Of a DNA stretch of 64,000 nucleotides, positions 47,149 to 58,700 are shown piece after piece. The position numbers and the translations under genes were made by a program. The stretch lies in contig NC_086097.1 of the NCBI RefSeq assembly GCF_963921235.1, positions 31,870,001 through 31,934,000 on the forward strand, read 5' to 3'. The notes beneath the pieces are model-generated. The model was not told the origin of the DNA. It did not search any database and saw only the letters and a list, made by a program, of their open reading frames with translations. Source of the DNA: Mobula hypostoma (Eukaryota). The number at the start of each line of letters is the position of its first letter. Within the stretch, counting starts at the first letter, position 1.

Positions 47149-48809
47149 GTAAGAGGCAAGTCTACACCCAGAGCCATGTTACACCTGTGACAAGGAAGTT
47201 GCTGGGACTGGAGGGAATGAATTACAGGGAGAGGTTGGGCAGACCAGGACTTTATTCCTTGGAGCATAGGAGAGAGGGGTGATCTTATAGAGACATCTAT
47301 ATCATGAGGGACAGAGACAGGAGGAATGTGAATAGTCTTTTCCTAGGGTTGGGAGACCAAAGCCAGGAGGGCACTCTGGTTCTCCTCCTTCTCTTTCTAC
47401 CATGGTCCGCTCTCCTCTCCTGGTTTCCTCTAGCTGTTGGTAATTTCTACCCCTTCCCACTTCTCTCTTTTTCCATTCCCTCCTCTGGCTTCCCTGTTAG
47501 CCTCTCTCTTCGCCTCACCTGCCCATCACCTTCCCTTTCTCCCATGGTCCACTGTTCCCAAGTTTCTGACTGTGCCTTCCCCTGGGCTGAACTGGATCAA
47601 GAGTAGAGTCTCTGCTACCTGACTGGGCTCCGGGTGAGTTTGTCCATGAATCTCTTTGTACTGCTCCAGAGCTCAGGGATACCCGTGAACCACCACATCA
47701 CCTGCCGACTGTACCCTGCTCGAATGGGTGAAGAGGGAATGTGGCCGACTCCACAGTCCACTCCCTCTCTTCACCCACCCCTGTCTTCTGACTGCATTGT
47801 CTTAGAGTCATAGAAACAGGCCTTTTGGCTCATCCAGTCCATGCCAAACTATGATTCTACTTAATCCCATTGACCCACACATGCACCGTATTCATCCAAA
47901 GTTCCATCGATGAACCTACCCAAGTTTCTCTATATGTTGCAATCAATGTACAGGACTGAACAGGCTATTCGGCCCACCAGGTTGTGCCTATCTCGATGCC
48001 TGTCAATACTAGGGAAGTAAAATTCACTTACCATTGCAATCTTATTTCTATTCCAATTGACAATTTGTTCCTCTAATTCTTAGTGAATATTGGAGAGTCA
48101 ATATTATAACTGCATAAAAGTGATTGCCCTTTTCTTATTTTTGAACTTTGTTTATAGAGTAATGGAACATTACAGCCCAGAAACAAGCTCTTTGACCCAT
48201 CCAGTCTGTGCTGAACTATTATTCTATCTAGTCCCATCAACCTGCAGCCAGCCCGTAACCCTCCGTACCCCTCCTATCCATGTACTTATCCAAAATCCCC
48301 TTACTTGATACAAATGAATCTCGCCAAAGTTTTCAACATCCCAACTCCTTAACTCAGTACTCTGATTTATGAAAGCCAATGTGCCAAAAGGTCTCTTTGT
48401 GATCCTATCTACCTGTGACACCTCTTTCAAGGAATTATGGATTTGTATTCCCAGATCCCTCTGTCCTACCACAATCCACAGTGCCCTACCACTTGCCGTG
48501 TAAGTCCTCCCCTGGTTTGTCCTCGCAGATTTAAACATCTCACACCTGTCTGGCTGCAGTGTTTGGTGTGGGGACACTAAGTGAATGGTGCAATTGATGC
48601 CTGTTTGCAAGCTATGACCAGGGCTACTCATATACATGTTGGATCCACGAGTGAACCCTCGAGATGGTTGGAATCATTTGAAAGATGTTGCTGTGTGATG
48701 CTGGCAGAGATTTGGAGAACTCATTAACACTCAGACAAAGATCCACGTTACAGGAGTATAGGTGACTGGACTGAGGCTTAAATGTTTATAGATATTTCTT
48801 AGACCATAG

Positions 48810-49750
48810 CACACAGGAGCAGAAAGAGCTATTGGGTCCCTCAAGTCTGCTCTGGCATTCCATGATGGCCGATTTGTTATCCTTCCCAACCCCATTCTCC
48901 TGCCCCCTCCCTATAACCTTTGACACCCTTACTACTCCAGAACATCTACTTTAAATACACCTAGTGACTTGACCTGCACAGTCATTGTGACAATGAATTC
49001 CACAGATTCACCGCCCTCTGCCTAAAACAGCTCCTTATCATCTCTGTTCTGAAGGGACGTCCTTCTATTCTGAGGCTGTGCCCTCTGGTCCTAGACTCCG
49101 CCACTATCGGAAACATCCTCTCCATGTCCCCTCTATCTAGCCCTTTCAATATTTGGTAGGTTTCAGTGAGATCCCCCTTCGTTCTCCTAAACTCCTGTGA
49201 GTATAGCCCCAGGGCCATCAAGCGCTCCTCGTGTTAACCCTTTCATTCCCGTGATCATTCTTGTAAACCTCCTCTGGAACCTTTCTAGTGTCAGTACGTA
49301 CTTTCTTAAGACCTGCAGCCCAAAACTGCTCACAGTATTCCATGTGTGGCCTGACCAGTGCCTTAGCCAGGGCATCAAAGGGTACGGAGTGAAAGCAGGG
49401 GAGTGGGGATGACTGGAAGAATTGGATCAGCCTATAATTGAATGGTAGAATAGACTCAATAGGCCAAATGGCCCACTCTGCTCCTATATCTTACAGTCTT
49501 ATTAAGCCTCAGCAATACATCCCTGCTTTTGTACTACAGTCCTGTTGAAATGAATGCTAACATTGCATTTGCCCTTCCTACCACTGACTCGATCTGCAAG
49601 TTAACCTTTAGAGAACTCTACACAAGGACTCCCAAGTTTATTTGCACCTCTTGATTTCTGAATTTGCTCCCCTTTCAGAAAATAGTCTACACCTTTATTC
49701 CTTCCACCAAAATGGATGACCATACACTTCCCTACACTGTGTTCCATCAG
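48810..49750 (-). mobile_element. CR1 3' fragment
   Basis: ALGLYSQEFRRTKGDLTETYQILKGLDR..RGHSLRIEGRPFRTEM. Confidence 0.85.
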
Positions 49751-50829
49751 CCTTTTTTTTGTTGGAACTTATGCTCAGTAATTCAGGTTTTCCTGGAATA
49801 TTTTAATTCAGGAATGCCTGGTGAGGCCAGCGCATCCTGCCCATCCCGTATTGTCCTTGAGAAGGTGAGGAGGATCACACAGTGGTCAGGATAGTACTGA
49901 GGAAGCATTCAGAAAGCTGATGGTGGAAGCGAAGAAACTGTTTTTAAAATGTTGAGTGTGTCTTCAGGTTCCTGGACCTCCTCCCTGAATGGCAGTAGTG
50001 AGAAGGGCGCATGTCCTAGATGGTGGGAGTCCTTAATGTTGGATGTCTCCTCCTTGAGGCATCACCTGTTGAGCGTGTACTCGATGGTGGGGAGAGTTGT
50101 GCCTGTGATGGAGCTGGCTTGGTGTCCAACCCTTATGATCCTGTGCATTGGAGCATCTGTACCAGGAGTCAGAAAGCTCTCCACAGTTCATCTGTAGAAA
50201 TCCGTCAGAGTCTTTGGTGACATACCACATCTCCTCAAACTCCTAAAGAATTTGAGCCGCTAGTGTGTCTTCTTCTTGATTGAATCAATGTGTTGTGCCC
50301 AGGAGAGATCCTCTGAGATGTTGGCGCCCAGGATCTTGAAGCAATTCAAGCTTTCCACTGCTGACCACTCAATGATAATGGTTTGTCTTCTTCCTAATTC
50401 CCCTTCCTGAAGTCTGCTACCAATTCTTTGGCCTTGCCGATGTTGAGTGTTAGGTCAATGTTGCCGCACCACTCAACCAGCTGATCAGTCTCACCTCCGT
50501 ACACATCGTCGCCAACTAGGATCCTACCATCAATGGTTGTATTATCTGTGAATTTATAGATGGCATTTGATCTGTGCCTAGCCACACGGTTCTGAGCGTA
50601 GAGTAGAGCAGTAGCATTAGCACATACCCTTGAGGTGTTGATTGACAGCTAGGAGGTGGTCCTAGTCCAACTCTCAACCAACAACACGTCAACAGAACAT
50701 GGTTTCAAGTCCAAGTTCCAGGTCATTGTCATTTAACTATACACGTGTACACAGCTAAACAAAACATCATTCCTTTGAGGCCAAGTGCAAAACACAGTAC
50801 GTACAGTCACAGATAGAACATGTAGTTAC

Positions 50830-52025
50830 GATAAGACCATAAGATATTGGGACAGAATTAGGCTATTTGGCTCATTGAGTCTATTCCACAATTTCATCAT
50901 GGCTGATCCATTTTCCTGTCAGCCCCACTCTTTTGCCTTCTCCCCGTATCCCTTCATCCCCCGACTGTTCAAGGATCTATTAACCTTTATCATAAATATA
51001 CCCAAAGACCTGGCCTCCACAGCTGCCTGTGGCAACGAATTCTACAAATTCACTCCTCTCTGGCTAAAGAAATTCCTTCTCAATGGATTCCTGTTCTAAA
51101 TGGATGTCCCTCTATTCTGAGGCTGTGCCCTCTGGTCCTAGACGCCCTCACCTCCACCCCAGAAAGAAACTCTCCACATCCACACTATTTAGGCCTTTCA
51201 ACATCCGATGGGTTTCAATGAGATTCCCCCCGCCCCCATTCTTTTGGATTCCAATGAGTACAGGCCCAGAGCCATCAAATGCTCCTCATATGATAAGCCT
51301 TTCAATCTCGGAATCATTTCCATGGACTTCTTTTGAATCCTCTCCAAAGTCAGCACATCCTTTCCTAGATAAGAAGCCCAAAACTGCTCACAATACTCCA
51401 AGTGCCTTATAAAGCCTCAACATTACATCCTTGCTCTTATATTCCTAGTCCTCTCAAAATTAATGCTAACATTGTATTTGCCTTCCTCACTACTGACTCC
51501 ACCTGCAAATTAACCTTTAGGGAATCCTGCACAAGCATTCCCAAGTCCCTTTGCACCTCAGATTTTTGAATTTTCTATCCATTTAGAAAATAGTCTACCC
51601 TTTTACATCTACCAAAATGCATGACCATACACTTCCCGACGCTGTATTCCATCTGCCACTCCTTTGCCCATTTTCCTAATCTGCCCTAGTCCTTTTCAGC
51701 CTCTCTGCATCCTTAACGCTACATACCCTTCCACCTATCTTTGTATAATCCGCAAACTTTTCCATCATTCCATCATTCAAATCATTGGTATATAATGCAA
51801 AAAGAAGCGGTCCCAACATAGACCCCTGTGGAACACCACTAGTTAATAGCAGTAAACCAGAAAAGGCTCCCTTTATCCCTACTCTTTGCCTCCTGCCAAT
51901 CAGCCACTGCTCTGTCCATGCTAGTATCTTTCCTGTAGAAACCTGGGTTTGTGGCTTGTTAAGCAGCCTCATGTGGGCACCTTGTCAAAGGCCTTCTGAA
52001 AATCCAAGTACACAACATCCACCGA
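50830..52025 (-). mobile_element. Degenerate CR1 RT and 3' region
   Basis: QRVGIKGAFS..TSGVPQGSMLGPLLF..KFADYTK and EYCEQFWASYL.KDVLTLERIQ. Confidence 0.85.
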
Positions 52026-52074
52026 TTCTCCAGAGTCGTGATCCAGTGACACATAGCACTTATAGTTATGAGAT

Positions 52075-53454
52075 GTCCTGCCTCGTCCCTGTGCTGAAGA
52101 TGCCACGCCCAAGTGGCCTCAATGACTACAGTCCGGTGGCATTGACCTCCCACATCATGAAGACCCTGGAGAGACTTGTTCTGGAGCTGCTCCGGCCTAC
52201 GGTCAGGCCACACTGAGATCCCCTCCAGTTCACCTACCAGCCCCGACTAAGAGTTGAGGATGCCATCGTCTACCTGCTGAACCGTATCTACGCCCACTTG
52301 GACAAGCCAGCAAGCACTGTGAGGGTCATGTTTTTTGACTTCTCCAGTGCGTTCAACACCATCCGCCCTGCTCTGCTGGGGGAGAAGCTGACAGCGATGC
52401 AGGTGGATACATCCCTGGTGTCATGGATTCTTGATTACCTGACTGGCAGACCACAGTACGTGTGCTTGCAACACTGTGTGTCCGACAGAGTGATCAGCAG
52501 CACTGGGGCTCCACAGTGGACTGTCTTGTCTCCCTTTCTCTTCACCATTTACACCTCGGACTTCAACTACTGCACAGAGTCTTGTCATCTTCAGAAGTTT
52601 TTTGATGACTCTGCCATAGTTGGATGCATCAGCAAGGGAGATGAGGCTGAGTACAAGGCTACGGTAGGAAACTTTGTCACATGGTGTGAGCAGAATTATC
52701 TGCAGCTTAATGTGAAAAATACTAAGGAGCTGGTGGTAGACCTGAGGAGAGCTAAGGTACCGGTGACCCCTGTTTCCATCCAGGGGGTCAGTGTGGACAT
52801 GGTGAAGGATTACAAATACCTGGGGATACGAATTGACAATAAACTGGACTGGTCAAAGAACACTGAGGCTGTCTATAAGAAGGGTCAGAGCCGTCTCTAT
52901 TTCCTGAGGGGACTGAGGTTCTTTAACATCTGCTGGACGATGCTGAGGATGTTCTATGAGTCTGTGGTGGCCAGTGTGATCATGTTTGCTGTTGTGTGCT
53001 GGGGCAGCAGGCTGAGGGTAGCAGACACCAACATAATCAACAAACTTATTCGTAAGGCCAGTGATGTTGTGGGGATGGAACTGGACTCTCTGACGGTGGT
53101 GTCTGAAAAGAGGATGCTGTTCAAGTTGCATGCCATCTTGGACAATGTCTCTCATCCACTACATAATGTACTGGTTGGGCACAGGAGTACATTCAGCCAG
53201 AGACTCATTCCACCGAGATGCAACACAAAGCGTCATAGGAAGTCATTCCTGCCTGTGGCCATCAAACTTTACAACTCCTCCCTTGGAGGGTCAGACACCC
53301 TGAGCCAATAAGCTGGTCCTGGACTTATTTCCTGGCATAATTTACATACTACTATTTAATTATTTATGATTTTATTATTATTTAATTATTTATGGTGCAA
53401 CTGTAACGAAAACCAATTTCCCCCGGGATCAATAAAGTATGACTATGACTATGA
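52075..53454 (+). mobile_element. 5'-truncated Rex1/Babar-type LINE (ORF 52298-53311) with (ATGACT)n tail, in an esr2 intron
   Basis: LNDYSPVALTSHIMKTLERLV, VRVMFFDFSSAFNTIRP, GAPQ.TVLSPFLFTIYT, KFFDDSAIVG, YKYLG. Tail aataaagtatgactatgactatga. Confidence 0.88.
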
Positions 53455-53635
53455 TCCAAAATTAGCACAAGTCACTGATTGACATGGCCTGAAGATTGAT
53501 GGTGCATGGGATGTTGTCCCAGAGCCATGTTTCTGCAAGAAGAAGAACATAGCAGTTCCTCATCTTGGCTTCAGGACCGTGGGTCAGTTGCACCGAGTGA
53601 AAGTGCAATGAGTTTGTTGTTTCTTTTTCCTGCAG

Positions 53636-53799
53636 GGAGGGTTTGAAGAAGAAGTTATTGGCTCCGGGCCCAAGTATCGGGGTCTGCAACAGGCGGGATG
53701 CCCACTTCTGTGCCGTCTGCAATGACTTTGCCTCTGGATATCACTATGGCGTCTGGTCCTGTGAGGGTTGCAAGGCTTTCTTCAAACGGAGCATACAAG
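53636..53799 (+). CDS. esr2: Estrogen receptor beta, DNA-binding domain first zinc-finger exon
   Basis: Acceptor ttctttttcctgcag|G completes AG+G=Arg from the previous exon. Encodes EGLKKK...[36 protein letters not shown], with ER P-box CEGCKA and ERbeta-type RDAHF. Donor G|gtgggt at 53799/53800 (phase 1), the conserved ER intron position. Confidence 0.97.
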
Positions 53800-53809
53800 G
53801 TGGGTTCAC

Positions 53810-54400
53810 AGTGCAGAGGGAGGGGCAGTATTGAAAGGTGTGGTCATGCTGCGGGAGGGTTGGTACTGAGAGAGTCGTGCTGTGTGTGGGACAGTACTGA
53901 GGGAGGGTCATGCTGTGGGGGGTGTTGGCACTGCAGGGAGGGTCATGTTACGGGAATGATACTACTGAAGGAGTCATGCTGTAGGGGGGACAGTTCTAAG
54001 GGAGGGGTGATACTGAGGGAGGGTCATGCTGTAGGAGGGACAGTACTGAGGGAGGGGTGGTCCTGAGGGAGAGTCATGCTGTGGGAGGGGTGATGCTGAG
54101 GGAGGGTCATGCTGAGAGAGGGTTGTTACTGAGGGAGAGTCGTGCTGTGGGAGGGACAATTCTGAGGGAGGGGTTTTACTGAGGAAGGGTCATGCTGCGG
54201 GGAGGGACAGTCCTGAAAGAGGGGTGGCACTATGGGAGGGTCATGCTGTGGGAGAGTCGTACTGACGGAGGGTCATGCTGTGGAAGAGCGGTATAGAGGG
54301 AAGGTCACATTGAAGGAGGGTTGGTAATGAGGGAAGGGTGGTACCGAGGGAGAGGGTCACACTGTGGGAGTGGTGGTACTGAGGGAGAGGGTCACACTGT
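53810..54400. repeat. Degenerate G-rich minisatellite (gtactgagggagggtcatgctgtgggaggg), starting just after the DBD exon
   Basis: Recurring units of about 30-35 bp, related to the reverse complement of the 41690 array. Confidence 0.85.
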
Positions 54401-55028
54401 ATTGATCTGTATTAATAGTATGCAAGATGTGCTTTTCATTTTATCTCAGTATATGTGACAAAAATAAATCAATACCTGTGTATCTCATTCCAACAGTGTA
54501 TGGAGGTAGTTGAAGGTAAATCAATAACAGAATATGGAATAAGGTGTTATGGAGAAAGTGTAGTGCAGACAGACAATAAGGTGTAAGGAGTTTGATTGTG
54601 AGGCCAGCAGTCCAGTTTAGCATACGAGGGGACTGTTCTGCTGCCTTATAACAGTGGGATAGAAGATGTTCTTAAACCTGGTGGTTCCTGCTTTCAGGCT
54701 TTTGTATTTTCTGTCCTGTGGGAGGTGGGAAAAGCGAGTATGTCTGGGGCGGGTGGGGTCTTTGATTACACTGAGGCAGCAAGAAGTAATGTGTTGAGCT
54801 GTGTCTACAACTCTGCAGTTTTCCTCCTGAGAGCATTGAATCTGGAATTCATTCCTCCGGAGTGCAGTTTGGGATATATTCCAAAAGGCTGGTGGATATT
54901 GAACTACAAGAGAGTCCAGGGCTGGAGTCCAGTCCAGGAAAGGTGATGTTGAGACCAAGCTGGGATCTGAGGCATTCTCTTTTATGGTGGAGCAAACTTC
55001 AATGGCCAAGGAGGCTCATCTCGTTATA

Positions 55029-55212
55029 TTCAGAGATCTGTACAGTCAGACTTAGTAGAATTCAGAGATCTGTACAGTCAGACTTCGTATAATTCAGAGA
55101 TCTGTGCAGTCAGACTTTGTAGAATTCAGAGATCTGTACAGTCAGACTTTGTAGAATTCAGAGATCTGTACAGTCTGACTTAGAATTCAGAGATCTGTAC
55201 AGTCAGACTTTG
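55029..55212. repeat. 32-bp tandem repeat x6 (ttcagagatctgtacagtcagactttgtagaa)
   Basis: Units start at 55029, 55061, 55093, 55125, 55157 and 55186. Confidence 0.95.
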
Positions 55213-55705
55213 GGAAATCACACCATTGTAAGAACGTGTCCATTTATTGATTAACAGCAGAAAATTTTACAGTACGTAATACATTCTGTTGTGTTACCTA
55301 CTACTGAGACCAAAGTTAAACTATTTGGTCTGATAGAAAACTCAGAACAAATAATAAATACTAATCAGTTGACACATTTTGATCACACCTCCACCCTCAA
55401 CTAATGTACTAACTTTACAAAAACATGTCTTCTCAAAAATTTTAACTGGCACACTTACATGGTTAAGGCAATGATGGATAGGTGTCCACTGATAGAGTTT
55501 TATTTTGCAGTATCCATGGCAACAAAGATGTCTTGTTGAATGGTCTAAGTGCTCATGGTGATCTAACCCTAACTGGTCTTTGAAGAAGCAGCCTTTCAAA
55601 GTGACTTAATTGTGGGTAGCTTGCACTTTGCCTCTAAGCATTTAATCTTCAACCAGTTCGTCAAGGATGGCTCAGTCTTCGAGTAACTATCAAGAACTAA
55701 ATACT

Positions 55706-58700
55706 TATTTCAGAGTCACTGTGCAACTGTACAGAGTCACTGTTTATTCAGGGTGAGGGTCACTGTGTAACTGTACAGAGTCACTGTTTATTCAGGGTGA
55801 GGGTCACTGTGCAACTGTACAGAGTCGCTGTTTATTCAGGGTGAGGGTCACTGTGCAACTGTACAGAGTCACTGTTTATTCAGGGTGAGGGTCACTGTGC
55901 AACTGTACAGAGTCGCTGTTTATTCAGGGTGAGGGTCACTGTGCAACTGTACAGAGTCACTGTTTATTCAGGGTGAGGGTCACTGTGCAACTGTACAGAG
56001 TCGCTGTTTATTCAGGGTGAGGGTCACTGTGCAACTGTACAGAGTCACTGTTTATTCAGGGTGAGGGTCACTGTGCAACTGTACAGAGTCGCTGTTTATT
56101 CAGGGTGAGGGTCACTGTGCAACTGTACAGAGTCACTGTTTATTCAGGGTGAGGGTCACTGCAACTGTACAGAATCGCTGTTTATTCAGGGTGAGGGTCA
56201 CTGAGCAACTGTACAGAGTCGCTGTTTATTCAGGGTGAGGGTCACTGTGTAACTGTACAGAGTCGCTGTTTATTCAGGGTGAGGGTCACTGTGCAACTGT
56301 ACAGAGTCGCTGTTTATTCAGGGTGAGGGTCACTGTGCAGCTGTACAGAGTCGCTGTCTATTCAGGGTGAGGGTCACTGTGCAGCTGTACAGAGTCGCTG
56401 TCTATTCAGGGTGAGGGTCACTGTGCAGCTGTACAGAGTCGCTGTCTATTCAGGGTGAGGGTCACTGTGCAGCTGTACAGAGTCGCTGTCTATTCAGGGT
56501 GAGGGTCACTGTGCAGCTGTACAGAGTCGCTGTCTATTCAGGGTGAGGGTCACTGTGCAGCTGTACAGAGTCGCTGTCTATTCAGGGTGAGGGTCACTGT
56601 GCAGCTGTACAGAGTCGCTGTCTATTCAGGGTGAGGGTCACTGTGCAGCTGTACAGAGCCGCTGTCTATTCAGGGTGAGGGTCACTGTGCAACTGTACAG
56701 AGTCGCTGTCTATTCAGGGTGAGGGTCAGTCACTGTGCAGCTGTACAGAGCCGCTGTCTATTCCGGGTGAGGGTCACTGTGCAGCTGTACAGAGTCGCTG
56801 TCTATTCAGGGTGAGGGTCAGTCACTGTGCAGCTGTACAGAGTCGCTGTCTATTCCGGGTGAGGGTCACTGTGCAGCTGTACAGAGTCGCTGTCTATTCA
56901 GGGTGAGGGTCAGTCACTGTGCAGCTGTACAGAGTCGCTGTCTATTCCGGGTGAGGGTCACTGTGCAGCTGTACAGAGTCGCTGTCTATTCAGGGTGAGG
57001 GTCAGTCACTGTGCAGCTGTACAGAGTCGCTGTCTATTCCGGGTGAGGGTCACTGTGCAGCTGTACAGAGTCGCTGTCTATTCCGGGTGAGGGTCACTGT
57101 GCAGCTGTACAGAGTCGCTGTCTATTCAGGGTGAGGGTCACTGTGTAACTGTACAGAGTCACTGTCTATTCAGGGTGAGGGTCACTGTGCAACTGTACAG
57201 AGTCACTGTCTATTCAGGGTGAGGGTCACTGTGCAGCTGTACAGAGTCACTGTCTATTCAGGGTGAGGGTCACTGTGCAGCTGTACAGAGTCGCTGTCTA
57301 TTCAGGGTGAGGGTCACTGTGCAGCTGTACAGAGCCGCTGTCTATTCAGGGTGAGGGTCACTGTGCAACTGTACAGAGTCGCTGTCTATTCAAGGTGAGG
57401 GTCAGTCACTGTGCAGCTGTACAGAGCCGCTGTCTATTCCGGGTGAGGGTCACTGTGCAGCTGTACAGAGTCGCTGTCTATTCAGGGTGAGGGTCAGTCA
57501 CTGTGCAGCTGTACAGAGCCGCTGTCTATTCCGGGTGAGGGTCACTGTGCAGCTGTACAGAGTCGCTGTCTATTCAGGGTGAGGGTCAGTCACTGTGCAG
57601 CTGTACAGAGTCGCTGTCTATTCCGGGTGAGGGTCACTGTGCAGCTGTACAGAGTCGCTGTCTATTCAGGGTGAGGGTCAGTCACTGTGCAGCTGTACAG
57701 AGTCGCTGTCTATTCCGGGTGAGGGTCACTGTGCAGCTGTACAGAGTCGCTGTCTATTCAGGGTGAGGGTCAGTCACTGTGCAGCTGTACAGAGTCGCTG
57801 TCTATTCCGGGTGAGGGTCACTGTGCAGCTGTACAGAGTCGCTGTCTATTCAGGGTGAGGGTCAGTCACTGTGCAGCTGTACAGAGTCGCTGTCTATTCC
57901 GGGTGAGGATCACTGTGCAGCTGTACAGAGTCGCTGTCTATTCAGGGTGAGGGTCAGTCACTGTGCAGCTGTACAGAGTCGCTGTCTATTCCGGGTGAGG
58001 GTCACTGTGCAGCTGTACAGAGTCGCTGTCTATTCAGGGTGAGGGTCAGTCACTGTGCAGCTGTACAGAGTCGCTGTCTATTCCGGGTGAGGGTCACTGT
58101 GCAGCTGTACAGAGTCGCTGTCTATTCAGGGTGAGGGTCAGTCACTGTGCAGCTGTACAGAGTCGCTGTCTATTCCGGGTGAGGGTCACTGTGCAGCTGT
58201 ACAGAGTCGCTGTCTATTCAGGGTGAGGGTCAGTCACTGTGCAGCTGTACAGAGTCGCTGTCTATTCCGGGTGAGGGTCACTGTGCAGCTGTACAGAGTC
58301 GCTGTCTATTCAGGGTGAGGGTCAGTCACTGTGCAGCTGTACAGAGTCGCTGTCTATTCCGGGTGAGGATCACTGTGCAGCTGTACAGAGTCGCTGTCTA
58401 TTCAGGGTGAGGGTCAGTCACTGTGCAGCTGTACAGAGTCGCTGTCTATTCCGGGTGAGGGTCACTGTGCAGCTGTACAGAGTCGCTGTCTATTCAGGGT
58501 GAGGGTCACTGTGCAGCTGTACAGAGTCACTGTCTATTCAGGGTGAGGGTAACTGTGCAGCTGTACAGAGTCACTGTCTATTCAGGGTGAGGGTCACTGT
58601 GCAACTGTACAGAGTCACTGTCTATTCAGGGTGAGTGTCACTGAGCAGCTGTACAGAGTCACTGTCTATTCAGGGTGAGGGTCACTGAGCAGCTGTACAG

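Noticed and set aside
53582..53594. ERE-like GGTCAgttGCACC upstream of the DBD exon
   Set aside because: Two mismatches in one arm; expected by chance. I saw no perfect palindromic ERE in the window.
53636..53799. Assignment to esr1 or an ERR
   Set aside because: P-box EGCKA excludes ERR (EACKA), and RDAHF plus the A/B exon are ERbeta-type.
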